A DNA stretch of 63,970 nt, counting the filler, from Salisapilia sapeloensis CBS 127946 (Eukaryota; Protista; Oomycota), in the NCBI GenBank assembly GCA_023334545.1. It is 10 parts of 10 records of this genome, joined end to end, with 100 filler letters (N's around TTAATTAATTAA, not from the genome) between each part and the next. Parts side by side here need not be neighbours in the genome. Positions count along the whole stretch, not along the records: positions 59,018 to 62,535 come from JAADVB010000743.1; positions 62,636 to 63,970 come from JAADVB010001193.1; 8 more parts are not named here. One strand, 5' to 3'. The translations under genes and the position numbers were made by a program. Under the pieces are notes generated by a model. It ran no database searches. It was not told the DNA's origin and saw only the letters and a list, made by a program, of their open reading frames with translations. Below, one piece after another: positions 59,018-63,970 of the stretch (positions are counted from its first letter, which is position 1; each line of letters starts with the position of its first letter).

Positions 59018-59158
59018 ACGAAGAGCGTGCGCAGCGCCTGAGTAGTTTATGGTCCGTGTACCAGCTCGAGGAGCTCCTGGACCCGGCGAATCACCAGTCG
59101 ACGGACGACAGCAGGCAAACGTCGAGATGGCAGCCCACCCTCGAGGCAGTAGCATAGA
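59018..59158 (+). repeat. Inverted terminal repeat of contig 9 (left arm; partner 62395-62535), encoding the 3' end of a duplicated CDS
   Basis: 141 nt identical to the reverse complement of 62395-62535. The frame from 59020 reads EERAQRLSSLWSVYQLEELLDPANHQSTDDSRQTSRWQPTLEAVA* with TAG at 59155-59157. Confidence 0.95.
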
Positions 59159-59581
59159 ATTTAACTTAGGCATGTAAAAAAACAAATGTATCTTAATACC
59201 TTCATCTACTTTATTCATGTACTCTGGAAACCCAGCGACGTAATGCGATTGCATACGTACCCCGAGGCGTGTATTAATCAGCTTTAGTCCATCAGACGTG
59301 GCTGCGATCGAGAACGACCCTCTGAAGATATCGTGCAACGTTCGGACCTTTCAAGACGTGAGTGCGAAGTTACGGATGGACTGTGCCCTGAAATGTCCGG
59401 AAGACAATCCCACCTTTCAGCTATCAGTGGTATCCCAGAAATGGACTGTAGTGTATGCTAAAGACGGAAAGACTTTTCGAGGGAAGCACCGGTAAATGGG
59501 AAACTGAATCGATCTCTGGACCGCCGAGCTCCTTTGCCATTCCGCTTTTCACTCTCCAAAGCGCAAACGACCTACGAAGCG

Positions 59582-60694
59582 ATGAAGGTTTTCCACATCT
59601 ATGTCGTCATGGGATCTACGCTAGCACTTGCGAATGGTAATGCAGCTCCAGCGTCCAATGAACTGATGCGACCGGAGGCCGACGTGGCAATGAGCTCAGC
59701 TACGGAGCAGATGCGTCCAGAGCAAAATGTCATGGCGATGGCTGAAAACGAGAACACTAAAGGTGGTTTCCATGGTGAGGAATCAGCTCAAGGCATGCCA
59801 TGGGAGGATAGCAGACGCGTGCAGGAGCAGCAAGGGCAGGACGGTTCGGCCGCGAATGCTGAGCAGCCCTCTTCTGACTCGCAGAACCTGGGTATGGTTC
59901 CGAATGTCGATGAGTTGAGTCGAGATCGCCTCATCCAGCTCATTCGAGAGTATGCCCAAGAAAATGCCCGCTTGATGAGCACTGCTGCTCCTAACACTGA
60001 TCAAGAAAGTAATAACAACAACGGTGAGGGCAACCAACCGGCCGGAACAACTCCATCGGATGAACAAGATACTGCTGAATTCGGGAATGATAACACGACG
60101 GACGGAGGCGAAGAGGGCAATGCCGAAGGTCAAGACAACCAAATGACGACGCCAGATGAAGATGCCAATGCGCCGTTTGCTGATCAGGGACAAGCAACTG
60201 GTCCGCCTGAAGGTGGAAACGCTGGCAATATGAACACGCCAGTGGATCAAGCCTCTATCTCGAGTGAAAATGCAAGTGGCTCCGCTGATATGATGGACGA
60301 TACGGACCAATCTATACCCACGGAATCAGCATCGCAAGAGTTTTTCATTGTCGACAGTTTGGCGGCGAGCGAAGTGGCCGATGCGACGGATGCACAAAGC
60401 CAAGCATCTGGCTTGGGCATGTCTGCTGCCTCTGCAGGTTCTGAGATGAGTGCTGGCGACATAACTTCATTTGCGGCGTCTATGAGTGAACAGGACGAAG
60501 ACAATTCTGTCGCTGCTAGCGCTGAATCGGATGAAGACATGTTTGATGACCTTGCGTCTGAGTCTGGATCGTCCGAATCTGGCTCCTCTCTCGGATCCGA
60601 GTCCATGTCTGAAAGTGCAAGCGACGGAGCGACATCAAGTGCACGTGTCTCGTCGACAATTTTATCGCTCTTGCTGATGACGTGGTTTGCCTAA
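59582..60694 (+). CDS. Secreted acidic Ser/Ala-rich protein with probable GPI-anchor signal
   Basis: Signal-peptide-like MKVFHIYVVMGSTLALANG, D/E/S-rich low-complexity body, C-terminal hydrophobic tail SSARVSSTILSLLLMTWFA. Confidence 0.7.
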   Translation: MKVFHIYVVMGSTLALANGNAAPASNELMRPEADVAMSSATEQMRPEQNVMAMAENENTKGGFHGEESAQGMPWEDSRRVQEQQGQDGSAANAEQPSSDSQNLGMVPNVDELSRDRLIQLIREYAQENARLMSTAAPNTDQESNNNNGEGNQPAGTTPSDEQDTAEFGNDNTTDGGEEGNAEGQDNQMTTPDEDANAPFADQGQATGPPEGGNAGNMNTPVDQASISSENASGSADMMDDTDQSIPTESASQEFFIVDSLAASEVADATDAQSQASGLGMSAASAGSEMSAGDITSFAASMSEQDEDNSVAASAESDEDMFDDLASESGSSESGSSLGSESMSESASDGATSSARVSSTILSLLLMTWFA

Positions 60695-60837
60695 GCTCGT
60701 GGAAGCGCGGCGTCCACTTGGATGAATAGATGTCATTGATCTTTTTGCTTGTCAAAGTGTCTTTGTATACTTTATTTCATATATTTAGGCATAAAGCCCT
60801 GTGTTCCTAACGCCACCAGTATCCAACCTGATCGGAC

Positions 60838-62333
60838 ATGACGCTCCTCTTAGCCATCGCTGGCCATACTCGATCATCCTTGTGGAAACCTGTCGTGCAG
60901 AAGCATTCACCATTCACAAGATGTGCAAGTGCCTCGTTTTCGGATGCCACGGACGCTGCTGCGAAAGCACTTCGGATGGTATGTGATGTGATTAGCATGC
61001 CAGCATGAATCATGTATTGATGCACGGGTGAAATAGGGAATGAAGAAGGATGAAAAGGACGAACAAAAATCGGAAGTGTCTGAATCGGATGACACGACCG
61101 AAACGAGTTCAGTATCAGCCATGTCGGACGTACCAGCGGAAGACATTAGTGGAGCGAAAGACTCTGTCATGTCATCATCACAGCCTCTATGGCTTCCAAA
61201 CCAGCAGGAAGTGGACGACATTTCTTCCTTTGCTCCAAAGATCGTCGTCGTCGGCGTTGGTGGTGCAGGTGGCAACGCCGTGAACAACATGATCGCCAGG
61301 GGATTGCAAGGCGTCGACTTCCTCGTATGCAACACGGACGCACAGCACCTTCGGACGACGCTAACGGATAAACGCGTGCAAATGGGACCTGAATTGACTG
61401 GTGGATTGGGCTGTGGAGCGAATCCAGAGGTCGGGAAAGAAGCAGCGGAAGCTGCTCTCGATGAAATCTTCGAGCACGTCCAAGACGCAAACATGGTGGG
61501 ACGCATCGCTTCAAACCTTTTATAAAGAAAGCTCATGATCGGATGTAGATGTTTGTTACGGCTGGCATGGGCGGAGGTACAGGCACAGGAGCTGCGCCTG
61601 TGATTGCCAAGGCAGCGATGGACGCTGGCATCTTGACTGTCGGCGTCGTGACCAAGCCATTCCATTTCGAAGGCAATAACCGGAAGAAACTCGCTGAGCG
61701 TGGTCTCTCAGAGCTAAAGCAAAGTGCCGATACGACGATTGTCATTCCGAATCAAAACCTCTTCCAAATGTCCACAGAGCAAACGTCACTCATGCAGGCA
61801 TTCCGGTATAAACGTTTCTTGCCTAGGCACTTGGCTTTATGACTTATACGATACATAGTATGGCAGATGATGTGCTTTTGGATGGCGTCAAGAACATTTC
61901 GGACCTCATGATCATGCCAGGACTCATCAACCTCGATTTTGCCGATGTCCAGTCGGTCATGACTGGCATGGGCAACGCCATGATGGGCAGTGGAGAAGCT
62001 TCTGGTGAGAACAGAGCGCTTCTAGCGGCTGAAGGAGCACTCAAGACTCCTTTGCTTGGTGACATCAACATCAAGGACGCCAAGGGCATGCTGGTGAACA
62101 TCACAGGAGGCTCCGACTTGTTGCTCTTTGAAGTCGACCAAGCTGCTGAGCGTGTGACGAGGGTACGTTCGTGTATTGAAAGCCGTTTGTGATATAAATA
62201 ACGTGGTTTCTACTAGGAACTGGAGGACCAACACGCCAATATCATCTTCGGGTCCACGTTTGATGACTCCTTGGACGGCAAACTGCGTGTTTCGATCATC
62301 GCTACAGGACTTTCGGACGTCGAAAAAATCTAA
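60838..62333 (+). CDS. ftsZ: Mitochondrial FtsZ (nuclear-encoded, five exons)
   Basis: [51 protein letters not shown] and NIIFGSTFD...LRVSIIATG. Introns at 60979-61036, 61496-61548, 61806-61858 and 62163-62216. N-terminal [31 protein letters not shown] resembles a transit peptide. Confidence 0.95.
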
Positions 62334-62394
62334 TTGAATGATAGCAACTCGTTAGATGTGATTTTATCTCTACTTTTTATACTTTGATCTATCC

Positions 62395-62535
62395 TCTATG
62401 CTACTGCCTCGAGGGTGGGCTGCCATCTCGACGTTTGCCTGCTGTCGTCCGTCGACTGGTGATTCGCCGGGTCCAGGAGCTCCTCGAGCTGGTACACGGA
62501 CCATAAACTACTCAGGCGCTGCGCACGCTCTTCGT
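62395..62535 (-). repeat. Inverted terminal repeat of contig 9 (right arm)
   Basis: Exact reverse complement of 59018-59158. Confidence 0.95.
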
Positions 62536-63098
62536 NNNNNNNNNNNNNNNNNNNNNNNNNNNNNNNNNNNNNNNNNNNNTTAATTAATTAANNNNNNNNN
62601 NNNNNNNNNNNNNNNNNNNNNNNNNNNNNNNNNNNTCCCCTTCTCAGCACCATTCTTTACCATGAGACAGCTCACTTCCATTTGACGAGCAAGTCGGTCG
62701 AGCAAACGCAATACTCGGCGCAGTCTTCCGTCGGATACGAATGAGCTATGCTACCAATACTGTGGCGTGTATATCGCTCCGTACTCGCGCTTTGCGTCTC
62801 CCTATTGCAGTGTTTAAGCACTTTGCAGCAGCCTCTGCTGGGATTCCGGATTTGAGCTAGCTTTAGCTTTAGTAAATTTTCCTATTTATTTTCCGAACCA
62901 AAACGCCACATTGAGGTTCCTTGGAAGGAAGTGGTTCATGCGATGGTATTCTTGTAGCTAGTTGCTGACAAAGGACGCAATCGGCCGTTTGTGTATGTTG
63001 GTGTCCACGGCAGTGATCCACTTGGCCTGTGCGAGGAGCAAATTATCTCTAAGAATGTTGTACAATATTATATTATACGTTCAGAAGCCTAAATGTAT

Positions 63099-63170
63099 TC
63101 CTCGATAGTATAGTGGCTAGTATACCCGCCTGTCACGCGGGTGACCCGGGTTCAATTCCCGGTCGGGGAG
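63099..63170 (+). tRNA. trnD-GTC: tRNA-Asp (anticodon GTC)
   Basis: TCCTCGATAGTATAGTGGCTAGTATACCCGCCTGTCACGCGGGTGACCCGGGTTCAATTCCCGGTCGGGGAG; anticodon stem CCCGC/GCGGG, loop CTGTCAC; followed by a T-run. Confidence 0.97.
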
Positions 63171-63728
63171 TTCTTTTATCTTTTGCCTCATTTAGAAAAA
63201 AAGTATTGTCGACTTTATTTTGCTCAACTTGGGGATGCTCATCACCTGACTATATTTCGGGTTATTCTGTATAGCCCTACTCTGTCCTATCCTACATTTT
63301 GCTCAACATGGATGTGAACCTGCCACCACTCGCGTACAAGCTCCGTCTATTTTTCTACACACTCGATCCAAAGTAGGGAGCGATGGGACAGGAACGAAAC
63401 AATGATAGGCTAGTTTTGGAAGAGCACAATCAGGTACACAATGAGTCACATCTGCTTAAGCAGTATACCATCGATACTCGCATCGTGCATCAAAAGTGTA
63501 ACGAGCGAGGTGTGAGCTCGACTTGGAATCAACGGGAAATAGTAGAGGATCTAAACGGCATTATAACTGGTGGTAATCTGGGAGTGAGATCAAGTCACAA
63601 GGATGGTTTGTTGAGCATACGGACCCAAGTGCAGTCGCGCTTGAACGGCAATCCAGTAGGCACAGCAGTACTATGTTGGAGAAGGTTTCTATCGAATGGT
63701 TGATCGAGGGGCAAAAGAGCAAAAAGGA

Positions 63729-63800
63729 CTCCCCGACCGGGAATTGAACCCGGGTCACCCGCGTGACAGGCGGGTATACTAGCCACTATACTATCGAGGA
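63729..63800 (-). tRNA. trnD-GTC: tRNA-Asp (anticodon GTC), identical inverted copy
   Basis: Exact reverse complement of 63099-63170, followed by a T-run on its own strand. Confidence 0.97.
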
Positions 63801-63970
63801 ACTCTGATGGTTTCGTGCCTTCTGGTAATATAGAATTAGCACAATTATGAAATTAGTACATTACCACTAGTCTGACATGGAAACTTGGAGCTGTGACGGC
63901 TGCCAGTCTCGGAGCTCAACCGCACGACTATAAGTAGCAGCGAAAATACAACGAATAGTCCACGATACAA

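Noticed and set aside
59582-60694. RxLR or Crinkler effector call for the secreted acidic protein
   Set aside because: No RxLR-dEER or LxLFLAK motif, and the C-terminal hydrophobic tail suggests surface anchoring.
1-62535. Reading the 141-nt inverted ends as TIRs of Polinton/Maverick elements, linear plasmids or DNA transposons
   Set aside because: The interiors carry ordinary intron-containing housekeeping genes and no transposase, integrase or protein-primed polymerase. The four repeats are unrelated to each other yet share the same exact length, which points to k-mer overlap.
63595-63786. Short ORFs overlapping the second tRNA-Asp, and ORF 63383-63703 between the tRNAs
   Set aside because: The former are translations of the tRNA itself; the latter has no recognisable motif or codon-bias support.
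1-63970. CRISPR arrays, rRNA genes, intact transposases, TnpB/Fanzor-like ORFs, prokaryotic operons
   Set aside because: No regularly spaced repeats, no rRNA-like conserved tracts and no intact RuvC or DDE ORFs were visible by eye; the bacterial-looking genes (FtsZ, PGAM) contain spliceosomal introns.

Overview
Eukaryotic nuclear DNA, almost certainly from an oomycete (inference from a glucan synthase-sugar transporter fusion, a GIP-like inactive trypsin, a WLGC-motif LRR membrane protein, an oomycete-type Crypton remnant and a mitochondrial FtsZ). The window is not contiguous genome: it holds 10 contigs joined by nine artificial 100-nt spacers (44 N + TTAATTAATTAA + 44 N), so adjacency across spacers means nothing. 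Genes are densely packed and most introns I could resolve are about 50-60 nt. Recognisable content: two partial 1,3-beta-glucan synthase/MFS fusion genes, PGAM, MCM5, ENY2, an FHA protein, a BK-channel fragment, ATP synthase gamma, a BT1 transporter, a TauE/SafE transporter, PPP4R2, a CNBD cation channel, an XRCC2-like protein, DcpS, Enhancer of polycomb, NAXD, a DZIP1-like protein, an ATR-like N-terminus, FtsZ, three tRNA genes and several decayed sequences (Crypton, Myb/SANT, GIP, catalase). The most striking structure: 4 of the 10 contigs begin and end with the same sequence in inverted orientation, perfectly identical for exactly 141 nt. That length is probably the assembler k-mer, but it implies real inverted duplicates flanking small blocks of unique genes. 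In two of the four, diverged inverted paralogues continue inward from the identical block, which fits palindrome arms under gene conversion and possibly invertible segments; an inversion would swap the C-terminal modules of the two glucan synthases. Other candidates are a zinc-finger/pseudo-SDR fusion protein and a ~540-bp foldback element. Splice models and family calls were made by eye and need HMM/RNA-seq confirmation.
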